A stretch of DNA of 64,000 nt from Candidatus Falkowbacteria bacterium (GTDB lineage Bacteria > Patescibacteriota > Patescibacteriia > Patescibacteriales > GWE2-39-37): NCBI GenBank assembly GCA_013336275.1, contig JAAXUA010000001.1, positions 78,167 through 142,166 on the forward strand. Direction: 5' to 3'. The notes below the pieces were generated by a model that made no database searches, was not told where the DNA came from, and saw nothing but the letters and a program-made list of their open reading frames with translations. The position numbers and the translations under genes were made by a program. Shown here one piece after another: positions 29,641 to 38,368 of the stretch; within the stretch, counting starts at the first letter, position 1; each line of letters starts with the position of its first letter.

Positions 29641-30183
29641 ATGAAATACAAAGCCTACGCCCAATTCATCGGATATTTTTTAGCAGCATTGCTGCTGGTC
29701 TTCTTGCAGCTGGGTTTTGTCAGCGGTTTGCCTGACGGGGCGAGAGGTGTCGATCTGATAATGATTTTTCTCCTGATCCTCCTGGTGGTCACAGATCTCA
29801 AGACCGCATTCATCCTGACCGTGTTGTGCGGCTATTTCATGGACAGCTTTTCCTTCCAGCCGTTCGGCGTCTATCTTATAAGCTACAGCCTGACGGTCTT
29901 GGTCGCGTATTTTTTCTTGGTCAGTTTCTTCACTAACCGTTCGCAGTATTCGTTCTTGGCCCTGGTCGGCTTATCCACGCTTTTTTACGGACTTTTTCTG
30001 AGGATAAGCGACGCGGTATTTTCGCTTTCCCTCGGCCAAGCGCCGCACTATGCCATGTCTATCGAAGGCGGCTTGGGTCTGGCTGCCAGATTGGCGCTGA
30101 ATCTGCTGGTGGCGCTTCTGAGCTTCCAATTCGTCAATTTCGCCAGCCACCGCTTGAAGCCGGTATTCATTTTTAAAGGCTGA
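29641..30183 (+). CDS. mreD: Rod shape-determining protein MreD
   Basis: Hydrophobic 180 aa with GYFMD motif, between mreC and PBP2. Confidence 0.8.
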   Translation: MKYKAYAQFIGYFLAALLLVFLQLGFVSGLPDGARGVDLIMIFLLILLVVTDLKTAFILTVLCGYFMDSFSFQPFGVYLISYSLTVLVAYFFLVSFFTNRSQYSFLALVGLSTLFYGLFLRISDAVFSLSLGQAPHYAMSIEGGLGLAARLALNLLVALLSFQFVNFASHRLKPVFIFKG

Positions 30184-30192
30184 TTACCTATT

Positions 30193-32286
30193 ATGAGATT
30201 CAAGGATAAAAACAGCGACCTCGAACCATCGGCCAACGACCCCTTCATCATCAGGCAGGGGCGGATTCGCAAGGGCCGCATCAACACCTCATACCGCCTT
30301 GGCTGGACGGAAGACTCGTTCATCATGGACACTGGGGGCAAAGAGACTATCGGCCGGACCTTCAACGCCGACAAGTCGAAATATCTGATTTTCGCCCTGG
30401 TCTTCCTTTTGAGTTTCCTTCTCTCCCGCTCGGCCTGGCTTCAGGTGATCAAGGGAGATTATTACTATAAGATGGCCGAAGGCAACCGTATCCGCGTCGA
30501 GCGCATCGAGCCGCGGCGCGGCGTCATATATGACCGGCATCTCGATCCTTTGGTACGCAACCAGGCCAATTTCCTGGCTTACGTCGTGCCCGCAGATTTG
30601 CCCAAGGATGCCGAGAAGCTCAAAGCAATCGAGATGCGGATCAGCGAGATACTTTCACCGATGAATTCCAACCGCATATTCTCGACAGATATCGAATCGG
30701 ATCGTAACCTGACCGTGACTGAGCTTTTCGACGCCATCCACGGCCGCTTGGACAAGGTCAAACGCGGTTCGCTCGAGGCTTTGCGGCCGGTCTTCATCGC
30801 CGACATGATCCCGTACGAAAAAGCGCTTCTGCTCCAGCTGGAGTCGGCTAATTGGCAGGGCGTTGTCGTCTCCAGCAAGGTCAGCCGCGATTACAACTTG
30901 ACGGCGCAGTCCTTGTCGCACATCCTCGGATACACCGGCAAGATCAGCCAGAAAGAGCTGGACAAATATGGCGATGAGTACCTGCAGATCGACTATATCG
31001 GCAAATCCGGGCTTGAGAGCTTTTGGGAGAATGAACTAAGAGGAACTAATGGCAAGAAACAGATCGAAGTCGACGCCCTGGGCAGGGAGAAAAAGATTAT
31101 CAGCATCCAAAACAGCCAAGACGGCCATGATTTGGTACTGTCTTTGGATATGGATTTGCAGCAGAAGATCGAGCAGGTCACGGTTGCCGCGCTGGACAAG
31201 GCCAAATTGAAGCGGGCGGCCGTGGTGGCGATCGACCCGCGCAACGGAGAGATATTGGCCTTGGTCAACCTGCCAGCCTATGATGACAACCTTTTCGCCC
31301 ACGGCATCGGCTACGATGATTATCAGGCCTTGCTTAACAATCCTGACCGGCCGCTGTTCAATCGTGCCATCTCCGGCGAGTTTCCCTCCGGCTCTACCAT
31401 CAAGCCGGTTATGGCGATCGCCGCCTTGGAGGAGGGCATTGTCACTGAAAATACGGCTTTTTTGAGCAATGGCGGCCTGAGGATCAGCCAGTGGTATTTT
31501 CCCGACTGGAAAGCCGGCGGCCATGGCATGACCAATGTCCGCAAGGCGATCGCCGAATCGGTCAATACTTTTTTCTATATCGTCGGCGGAGGGTATCAGG
31601 ATACCAAGGGATTGGGCGTAGATCGCATCACCCGTTACGACCGGCTGTTCGGACTCGGATCGCAGACCGGCATCGATCTGCCGGGAGAAGCGACCGGTTT
31701 CGTGCCTTCTAAACAATGGAAAGAAGAGACTAAGAATGAGAGCTGGTATATCGGAGACACCTATCATCTATCGATCGGTCAAGGCGACCTGAACGTCACG
31801 CCGCTGCAAGTCGCGGCTTATACCGCGACATTCGCTAACAGCGGCAAGCTGATGCAGCCGCACCTGGTCAAAACCATCATCACTTCAAAAACCGGAGAGA
31901 AAAGAGAGGTAGCGCCCAATCCGGTACGCCAAGACTTCGTTGATCCGTATAATATGAAAATCGTCAGAGAGGGCATGCGCCAGACCGTGCTGGCCGGCAG
32001 CGCCAGAAGCTTGCAAACGGTTCCGGTGCCGGTGGCTGGCAAGACCGGCACGGCCCAGTGGTCATCAAAGAAAGACCCGCATGCCTGGTTCACCGGCTTC
32101 GCGCCCTATGATGAGCCGACCATCGCAATCACCATATTGGTTGAAGAGGGCAAGGAGGGCAGCGCTATCGCCGTACCGATCGCGCGCGAGGTCTTGTCGT
32201 GGTATTTCAGTCCTCATCTGCCCAAAGCCTCCTCGTCAACGCATCCTGCACCCGTGAAAGCTACATCAACGGCGTCCGCTAGGTGA
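30193..32286 (+). CDS. mrdA: Penicillin-binding protein 2
   Basis: RGVIYDR, SxxK (STIK), SxN (SVN), KTGTAQ, HAWF. Confidence 0.95.
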   Translation: MRFKDKNSDLEPSANDPFIIRQGRIRKGRINTSYRLGWTEDSFIMDTGGKETIGRTFNADKSKYLIFALVFLLSFLLSRSAWLQVIKGDYYYKMAEGNRIRVERIEPRRGVIYDRHLDPLVRNQANFLAYVVPADLPKDAEKLKAIEMRISEILSPMNSNRIFSTDIESDRNLTVTELFDAIHGRLDKVKRGSLEALRPVFIADMIPYEKALLLQLESANWQGVVVSSKVSRDYNLTAQSLSHILGYTGKISQKELDKYGDEYLQIDYIGKSGLESFWENELRGTNGKKQIEVDALGREKKIISIQNSQDGHDLVLSLDMDLQQKIEQVTVAALDKAKLKRAAVVAIDPRNGEILALVNLPAYDDNLFAHGIGYDDYQALLNNPDRPLFNRAISGEFPSGSTIKPVMAIAALEEGIVTENTAFLSNGGLRISQWYFPDWKAGGHGMTNVRKAIAESVNTFFYIVGGGYQDTKGLGVDRITRYDRLFGLGSQTGIDLPGEATGFVPSKQWKEETKNESWYIGDTYHLSIGQGDLNVTPLQVAAYTATFANSGKLMQPHLVKTIITSKTGEKREVAPNPVRQDFVDPYNMKIVREGMRQTVLAGSARSLQTVPVPVAGKTGTAQWSSKKDPHAWFTGFAPYDEPTIAITILVEEGKEGSAIAVPIAREVLSWYFSPHLPKASSSTHPAPVKATSTASAR

Positions 32287-32329
32287 TATCGCCTTTTTTT
32301 GGTATAATGTAAAAAAATAAACTTACATT

Positions 32330-34219
32330 ATGAACAGGCCACTATTCGGCTCAGCCATAGCCGTCTTCAGCTTATTCTTGTCGCTTGCGTTTTCTCCTGG
32401 CCAAGCTGCAGCCCAGACTGCCGAGGCCAAGTGCGATCCGATCAAGCTCGAGTTCGTTTTCCGCAATCCGAAAGGAGACTTCCTGCCCAACGTCAATGTC
32501 GAGCTCTGGTGCCAAACTGAAGACGCCGATCGCAACCCGGTCCAATGCGGCCGCCTAGCCGGAGGCAAGACCAGCTCGGTCAGCGGCAAAGCGACGGTGA
32601 CTTATACTCCGCCGAAGGATGCTGCCAACAAGACCATCATGTATGCCTTGAAGGTCTACGACAAGAATCCGGAGGTGGCTAATTTCTGGTATTTCAACGA
32701 ACTCAACTTATCTTGCGGCCAGGAACTGTCAGTGACCAAAGTCTTGCCTGGCATCCGTTTCGTCTTCCGTGACCAGGACGGAAACCTCAAGAAGAATGTG
32801 AAGTTTTCCCTATATACCCAACGCTACGATATCGAGAACCGTCCGATCAACGAGAAGAAAGATCTGGTCACTTCGGACCTGGATACAGGTGCCACCGGCG
32901 AGGCCTATATTTTTGTGACTGACAAGTCCCATGCCTTCAGGCAGTCTGGCGGAGACTATGTCCTTAATGCGAACCTGGGAGGCAGCGTCGGTTATATCGA
33001 GAATTATCTCCACGTCAACGACCAGATGCTGACCGAATACGAATACGTCTTCACCGATATGGTGCTGATTGCTGAGGATGCCAACGGAAAATTGATTCCG
33101 GCCGGCAAGACGCTGGAATTTTATGAACAGAAACAGGACGTCAAAGGCAAGCTGATCCTGGGAAAGAGCATTAAGCGGGTAACTATCGACAGCAAAGGGG
33201 AAGTCTTGTTCGAATACCCGGCCGGCACTTACGCCGTGGTAATGAAAGACGACCTAGGAAACACCCAGACTTTTTGGAATATCACCTTGGAGCGGTATAA
33301 GCGCGAACGGAAGAAACTGGTAACGAATGTTACCCGCTTCGACGTCAAGGATGCGGCCGGTAAAGCGGTTATCAATAAAGCAGTCCAGCTTTACGGCGTG
33401 ACTCAGGATTATAAAGGCGATTATTTCCGCGGCACGCGAATAGGCCAGATCATGCTGACTGAGAAGGGTTACGGCGAGGCCATCCTGGCTCCAGGCAAGT
33501 ATCTTTTTACCATTTCTTTGCCTCTGGATCGCAAGATCATCGAGTACGGCCGGGTCTTCACTATAGAATCAGGCAAGCTGCAGAAGCTGACCCTGAAGGC
33601 TCAAAAAGATAATGTTTTAGAGACAGGTAAGATCCTTCCAGCGCCAGGAACCGGACCGATCGCGGCAATCGCCAAGAAGCTGTCAGGCTATATCCTGCTC
33701 CAGACCGAGAGCAAGGGCGAAGCTTGGTATGTTTATGGCACCAACAGCAAGCGATATTATATGGCCGACGGCAGCGCGGCTTACCAGGCCATGCGCAAGC
33801 TCGGCCTAGGCATTACCAACAATGATTTGTCCAAGATACCGATCGGCATCAGGTCGGATATCGGCGGGTTCGACACCGACGGCGACGGTCTGGCTAACCA
33901 GCTTGAAGAGGCGATCGGTACCGATTCGGCCAATAGCGACACCGACGGCGACGGCTACCAGGACTCCAACGAATTCAATAACGGCTTCAATCCTTTGGGC
34001 AGCGGCAAGCTGAATTATGATTTGAAATTTGCCAGCCGGCTCAAGGGCAAGATATTGCTCCAGACCGAGAGCAAAGGCGAGGCTTGGTACGTCAATCCTA
34101 AAGACGGCAAGCGGTATTATCTGGCTAATGGTGACGCCGCCTACCAGATCATGCGCCTCTTGAGTCTGGGAATTTCCAATCAAGATCTCGAGCAGATCGG
34201 CGAAGCGACTATCCAGTAA
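32330..34219 (+). CDS. Secreted/surface protein: Ig-like beta modules, DTDGDG Ca-binding repeats and a duplicated ILLQTESKGEAWYV module
   Basis: Signal peptide; two copies of G.ILLQTESKGEAWYV...KRYY.A.G.AAYQ.MR.L.LGI.N.DL flanking DTDGDGL/DTDGDGY. Confidence 0.75.
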   Translation: MNRPLFGSAIAVFSLFLSLAFSPGQAAAQTAEAKCDPIKLEFVFRNPKGDFLPNVNVELWCQTEDADRNPVQCGRLAGGKTSSVSGKATVTYTPPKDAANKTIMYALKVYDKNPEVANFWYFNELNLSCGQELSVTKVLPGIRFVFRDQDGNLKKNVKFSLYTQRYDIENRPINEKKDLVTSDLDTGATGEAYIFVTDKSHAFRQSGGDYVLNANLGGSVGYIENYLHVNDQMLTEYEYVFTDMVLIAEDANGKLIPAGKTLEFYEQKQDVKGKLILGKSIKRVTIDSKGEVLFEYPAGTYAVVMKDDLGNTQTFWNITLERYKRERKKLVTNVTRFDVKDAAGKAVINKAVQLYGVTQDYKGDYFRGTRIGQIMLTEKGYGEAILAPGKYLFTISLPLDRKIIEYGRVFTIESGKLQKLTLKAQKDNVLETGKILPAPGTGPIAAIAKKLSGYILLQTESKGEAWYVYGTNSKRYYMADGSAAYQAMRKLGLGITNNDLSKIPIGIRSDIGGFDTDGDGLANQLEEAIGTDSANSDTDGDGYQDSNEFNNGFNPLGSGKLNYDLKFASRLKGKILLQTESKGEAWYVNPKDGKRYYLANGDAAYQIMRLLSLGISNQDLEQIGEATIQ

Positions 34220-34238
34220 TCGAAAATATAAAAAAAGA

Positions 34239-34270
34239 GGAGCAGGTCTTTGCGGACCTGCTCCGTTTTG
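34239..34270. terminator. Bidirectional intrinsic terminator
   Basis: ggagcaggtc/gacctgctcc stem flanked by A and T tracts between convergent genes. Confidence 0.8.
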
Positions 34271-34283
34271 TTGTTGGACAAGA

Positions 34284-34820
34284 TTAGCTCTTGACCATTC
34301 TCAGTGCTTCTACTACCAAACCATGTCTTGCGCCAAATCTTTCAGCCCGCGTTAGTCCCAATTCGCCTTTGCCCATGAACAGGTCGATTTGGTTAGGGTT
34401 TTCGATCATGTCGTCGCCCGTGTCTTCCGCAATGCCGATAAAGATCGTTTCAAGTTGCCCGTGCTTGTTTTTTTCTTTGATTTCCAGGGTAGTACCGTAT
34501 GGAAATCGTTCTTTGTTGACGGCTATGGTGCCGATCCTGGGAGCAACCCCGGATGCGGTGATAATACCTTGGCCTTGGAATCTGACCTCCTCTCGGTAAG
34601 TCCGCATTTGACCGTTAGGCTTGCGGCTATACCGTTTCTGATTCCTGAGAGGGGCGTAGTAGGCTGTTACCTTGATTCCTTTGCATCTTTTGATGACTTC
34701 GTACTTGGGCGGTTGCGGCGTTGGTGCGGTTACTGCGGGCGGGATTTTGGCGTTTGACAGGCTGGCCGGCCACCATGATAGTAACATCAGGGCAACGGCA
34801 AGGCTGGCAAAAGTCTTCAT
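34284..34820 (-). CDS. 3D-domain (MltA-like) secreted protein
   Basis: Signal peptide; VTAYY, TASG, GTIAVN..FPYGT, AEDTG, IDLFMG; SD AAGGAGG. Confidence 0.85.
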   Translation of the reverse strand: MKTFASLAVALMLLSWWPASLSNAKIPPAVTAPTPQPPKYEVIKRCKGIKVTAYYAPLRNQKRYSRKPNGQMRTYREEVRFQGQGIITASGVAPRIGTIAVNKERFPYGTTLEIKEKNKHGQLETIFIGIAEDTGDDMIENPNQIDLFMGKGELGLTRAERFGARHGLVVEALRMVKS

Positions 34821-34917
34821 CTCTCCTTCCTCCTTAGTTTTTATTTGCTCAAAGAGCAGTATGTAAACAAAAAAACTGCCCGCCCGACTCGGGTGAGTAG
34901 TTTTTCTGATTTTTTAT

Positions 34918-34979
34918 ATTATAATTCAATATTGCATATTTGTCAACGGTTTGACTTTGTTCGGGGCTAAGCTTATCAT
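34918..34979. promoter_or_regulatory. Back-to-back sigma70-type promoters
   Basis: Minus strand TTGACA(34946)-17-TATAAT(34923); plus strand TTGACT(34951)-17-TATCAT(34974). Confidence 0.75.
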
Positions 34980-35040
34980 TAGATAAACGCTCATTGGTAA
35001 CAAAAATACCCAATATTAAATAAAACCGAGGAGGTGCAAG

Positions 35041-36186
35041 ATGAAGCGAAGCTGGTTGAATAGGGAGTTGGCAGGCAATTTAGCCTCCGCGGCCCAGACC
35101 GCGGCTTATCCGGAGTCGGTAAGATTCCGGCTGGCCGGCATCAAGGTCCCGGAGATGGTCAGGAGCGGCAAGAATGTCGCTTCATTGATGATGAGCAGTC
35201 CCATGGTCGCTGACGAATGGCAGCGCAATGTCGAGCCTCGGCTGGCGCAGCTCTTGGCGTCAGCGATCGCCGGACAGAAGGGGGAATTGTTGATCGACGG
35301 TCTGGCGGTCCAGAATATCGAGACGGTCTGGCCGCGCTTGCTGCTCGCTTGCGGAGCCGGCACTAGCCGCTTCTGGGCCAGTTCGATGCAGCCTGGTTTG
35401 GAGCAGTTCGCCCTTTCGGCTAAACAGTCCGGATTGTGGCATCAGGAAATCGTGTGCGGCGAAGCCTCCGGTTTCCTCCCGCAGCTGCGGATGATCAATA
35501 AGAGTTCCAAGCTGGTCGTCACGAGCTTCCCCCATTACCCGAGCGGCGCCATCATGCTTCCGGCGGCTTGGCGTGAGCTCTGCGCTTACTGCGAAGAATC
35601 CGGAACCAGGCTGGTGAATTACAACCGTTCGGCGGATCCTCAATCGAAAATCAGCCGTTTCCATAAGGTGGCGGCTGGGTTCGAGAACCTCTCCTGGCTC
35701 GAGATCTTCGATCCTTGCACCATGCTTGGGAAGAGCGAAGGCTGGTCATTGGTCTCGGTGATAGGTTCGGATGATTTCGTGGCCGACTTCAGGATGGTCG
35801 GCGGCAGCGGCAGGGAGCTGTTTTTGCCGGTCGCGGCCGGAGTCCTGGCCGCGTTCAGGGAAGGATTGGTCGAGAGTTCGGCGGTCATCCTGAGCAAACG
35901 CTCGGCTTTATCCGATCTATGCAAAGTCCTATCCCTACGAGGACTCAGGCTGCTGGTGCAGCCTAAATCCGGCTATCATGCCCTTTGGCAAGCGCCCAAG
36001 ACGCTCGATGGCGAAGATCTCGGCGGCGACGGCAAGGCATTCAATGAAGCGATGAGGCAACGCTACTCAGTCAGCGGCTTGCCGCTTGCAGGCACCATCG
36101 CCTACAGTCCGCTGGATATGCCCCATGGCAACGAGTGGCTAGGTGATCTGGCTGAAAGATTGGGCGGCTCGGTGATCGGATACTGA
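35041..36186 (+). CDS. Degenerate class I/II aminotransferase-fold protein (PLP ligands lost)
   Basis: SFPHYPSG (vs NPxNPxG), NYNRS (vs DxAY), DPCTMLGKSEGWSL (vs SxSK...GWR); SD GAGGAGGT; terminator 36193-36225. Confidence 0.65.
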   Translation: MKRSWLNRELAGNLASAAQTAAYPESVRFRLAGIKVPEMVRSGKNVASLMMSSPMVADEWQRNVEPRLAQLLASAIAGQKGELLIDGLAVQNIETVWPRLLLACGAGTSRFWASSMQPGLEQFALSAKQSGLWHQEIVCGEASGFLPQLRMINKSSKLVVTSFPHYPSGAIMLPAAWRELCAYCEESGTRLVNYNRSADPQSKISRFHKVAAGFENLSWLEIFDPCTMLGKSEGWSLVSVIGSDDFVADFRMVGGSGRELFLPVAAGVLAAFREGLVESSAVILSKRSALSDLCKVLSLRGLRLLVQPKSGYHALWQAPKTLDGEDLGGDGKAFNEAMRQRYSVSGLPLAGTIAYSPLDMPHGNEWLGDLAERLGGSVIGY

Positions 36187-36330
36187 TCACGCGGCCGCGG
36201 TTCCCAAGGAACCGCGGCCTTTTTTATTCGCCGCTTCGGCCTGTACCTTGCAAAATCAGGCAAAAGAAAGTATGATTTACCTTTGTGCGAGGATCATTCG
36301 ATAACCACAACAAAACAAAGGAGGTTTTTC

Positions 36331-36729
36331 GTGAAGCGTGTAATTGAGGGCAGAGTGACGACTGCGATAAGCATCAAGGAAATCGTTTTCCGAGGCGAGC
36401 ACCTGCGGATCAACGTGGCCAATACCCGCGAGGCGGCGGCCGCATCCGCCAGGAGATCAGGTTCGAACACCTTGTTCGACAGCTTCGGCGCTCTTGGCAA
36501 GACGATCCTGATCGCCGACAATGCCCAGGCCGGACTCATCGCTGCTTTTTTCGGTCTGACATCAGAAAACATCTTGAACGACTCCGAACGCTTCGGCTTC
36601 CTGCGATCGGCCAAGACCAACCAGACCTGTTATGCCGTTCCTTCCCAAGCCGCGAACTTGTTCCATCAGGTCAGCGGCATTTCCGACACCCCGGTCGAAT
36701 TGCCCATACTTGAGGCAGTCAACCAATAA
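36331..36729 (+). CDS. Hypothetical protein (SD/boxA cassette class)
   Basis: TTGCAA(36248)-17-TATGAT; AAGGAGGT then GTG at 36331; terminator hairpin near 36756-36786. Confidence 0.7.
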   Translation: MKRVIEGRVTTAISIKEIVFRGEHLRINVANTREAAAASARRSGSNTLFDSFGALGKTILIADNAQAGLIAAFFGLTSENILNDSERFGFLRSAKTNQTCYAVPSQAANLFHQVSGISDTPVELPILEAVNQ

Positions 36730-36972
36730 CAGATAAGATTCCGATCCTCGCCAAAAAGGCCATCAATGTGATGGCCTTATTTTTTGTTCAATATTAGGGT
36801 ATATTATCCAATATATTGACATTTTTAGCAAATAGGAGTATAATATCAATATAATCAAGAATCGTTCCTTGAGAGACTAAGCACCAAAACATAGCGCCTT
36901 TTACCAAAAAAGAAATTGTGTTCTGTTGCCTAATCAGAAAAGCAGCCAACCCTGCCGAAGGAGGTGAACATC

Positions 36973-37164
36973 ATGAGACAGCTACTGATCGAAGCATTGT
37001 TCGGAATGACAGCCGTAATGGTTATCTCCTCGCTTATTCTGGATTTGCCCCCGTATCTTTGCAAGAAATTCAAAGAAGCCTGGGCAGTCAGGAAAGCAGC
37101 AGCCGTCACGGAGTCTAACCCCGCCATCCAACCCCAGCCCGTCACCATCCCAGTGAACTCCTAA
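36973..37164 (+). CDS. Small single-TM hypothetical protein (SD/boxA cassette class)
   Basis: TTGACA(36816)-17-TATAAT; AAGGAGGTG then ATG; hydrophobic N-terminus; terminator near 37181-37212. Confidence 0.7.
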   Translation: MRQLLIEALFGMTAVMVISSLILDLPPYLCKKFKEAWAVRKAAAVTESNPAIQPQPVTIPVNS

Positions 37165-37387
37165 TGCCAGCCACTGCAGTGCCCGTCGCTTATGCGAGCG
37201 GGCGCTTTTTTTATCCGTCAGTCCGAAGTGTTGACAATATCCTCGAGTTGTGATATAAATAATTTTTGACTCAAACGAAAAAACGGCCATTAATGGGCGT
37301 TTTTATCGTTCGGGAACTCGAAAGAAGGGAGGTGAGTCAAGCTGTTCTTTTTTGTTTCTCTGTTCTTTAACTTCAATGGAGGTGTGT

Positions 37388-37795
37388 GTGACGAAGGATG
37401 AATCATGGCTGTCGAGAATCAAGCGGTATAACGAAGAAGACCTGGCTCGTCGCGCAGACGAGCTGGCAAATAACCGAAGGAGGTTGCTTAACATGCAGTT
37501 TGAACATTTTTCCCAGCTGTTGCGTCTCGGAGACGCGGCTCAGCGGGAGCGTGCTATCGAGGGTCTGTTGTCTATCAAGGGAAGAAGAGTGGTTAACCTT
37601 TTGGCTGAATGGCTGCACAAAGAGACTGATGACCGCTTGCGGGAAAAGGTTCTCGATGTGATCGAGGAATGCATCGAGCTGGATCTGATCTGTGACTCGT
37701 TCACCAAGATGCGGGCCGACGAACTGCCAGTATCCGCCTTGGCGATCTATGCCACGGACATCGCGAACAACTACACACATGCCTTAGCCGCCTAG
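37388..37795 (+). CDS. Hypothetical helical (HEAT-repeat-like) protein (SD/boxA cassette class)
   Basis: TTGACA(37231)-17-TATAAA; GGAGG then GTG; QRERAIEGLLSI...ETDDRLREKV is HEAT-like; terminator cggagccga/tcggctccg. Confidence 0.65.
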   Translation: MTKDESWLSRIKRYNEEDLARRADELANNRRRLLNMQFEHFSQLLRLGDAAQRERAIEGLLSIKGRRVVNLLAEWLHKETDDRLREKVLDVIEECIELDLICDSFTKMRADELPVSALAIYATDIANNYTHALAA

Positions 37796-37891
37796 ACGCG
37801 GCATGAATCTTGCGGAGCCGAACTATCGGCTCCGTCTTTTTTTTGCAAAAAAAAGCCGACCAGATGGGTTGGTCGGCGATTAGAGGCAGGG

Positions 37892-38152
37892 TTAGGCTAG
37901 TTGGGGTTGACGTTGGGGCTTGAATTGGAGTTCACGGTAGTGGACGAAGGTGGAGCCGATTTTGGCGGCGGCAAGAGCGTGGGGAATGCAGAAGGAGCAG
38001 ATGCCGTTGGTGACCGGTAATTCGGTCTTGGTTCTCAGATTGCAGCCTGAGAAGCTGTTGCAGTAGATGCAATCGTTTGCGTTGTGGCCGTCGTGACAGC
38101 CGTAAACGCGCTTGCAATGCTGGCATTCCCTGATGAGAGTCATATCTGACAT
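37892..38152 (-). CDS. Small Cys-rich putative metal-binding protein (SD/boxA cassette class)
   Basis: CQHC, C, CIYC, C, TNGICSFC; AAGGAGGTG SD; TTTACA-17-TATAAT promoter; terminator near 37847-37877. Confidence 0.72.
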   Translation of the reverse strand: MSDMTLIRECQHCKRVYGCHDGHNANDCIYCNSFSGCNLRTKTELPVTNGICSFCIPHALAAAKIGSTFVHYRELQFKPQRQPQLA

Positions 38153-38309
38153 GAAACACCTCCTTGAAGGTGATTTAGCCTAAACCCATGCAATGAGCAC
38201 TAGATAATTATATTATAGCACATTTGATAAAATTTGTAAAAGGCGGCGGCAAATTATTGAAAATATACGCATTTTTTACCTTTATTTTAGCCAAAAACAA
38301 ATATAGTAC

Positions 38310-38336
38310 ATAGCACTCTTGACACTTGAGTGCTAG
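38310..38336 (+). promoter_or_regulatory. CIRCE operator (HrcA site) overlapping the -35 hexamer
   Basis: aTAGCACTC-ttgacactt-GAGTGCTAg matches TTAGCACTC-N9-GAGTGCTAA; TTGACA lies in the spacer, TACAAT at 38343. Confidence 0.92.
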
Positions 38337-38368
38337 CTGCGGTACAATCAGCAATGGAAGGATATTTT

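Noticed and set aside
33690..34110. Nucleotide repeat as a DGR template/variable pair or CRISPR repeat
   Set aside because: Both copies are in frame within one CDS with mostly synonymous, non-adenine-specific differences; no RT or cas genes, and no regularly spaced array anywhere in the window.
37891..38187. GCCTAAC at the stop codon and GTTTAGGC upstream of the Cys-rich gene as integron attC core sites
   Set aside because: The upstream site does not fit GTTRRRY, there is no attC-like L/R box palindrome, the pattern is not repeated at the other cassettes, and no intI is present.
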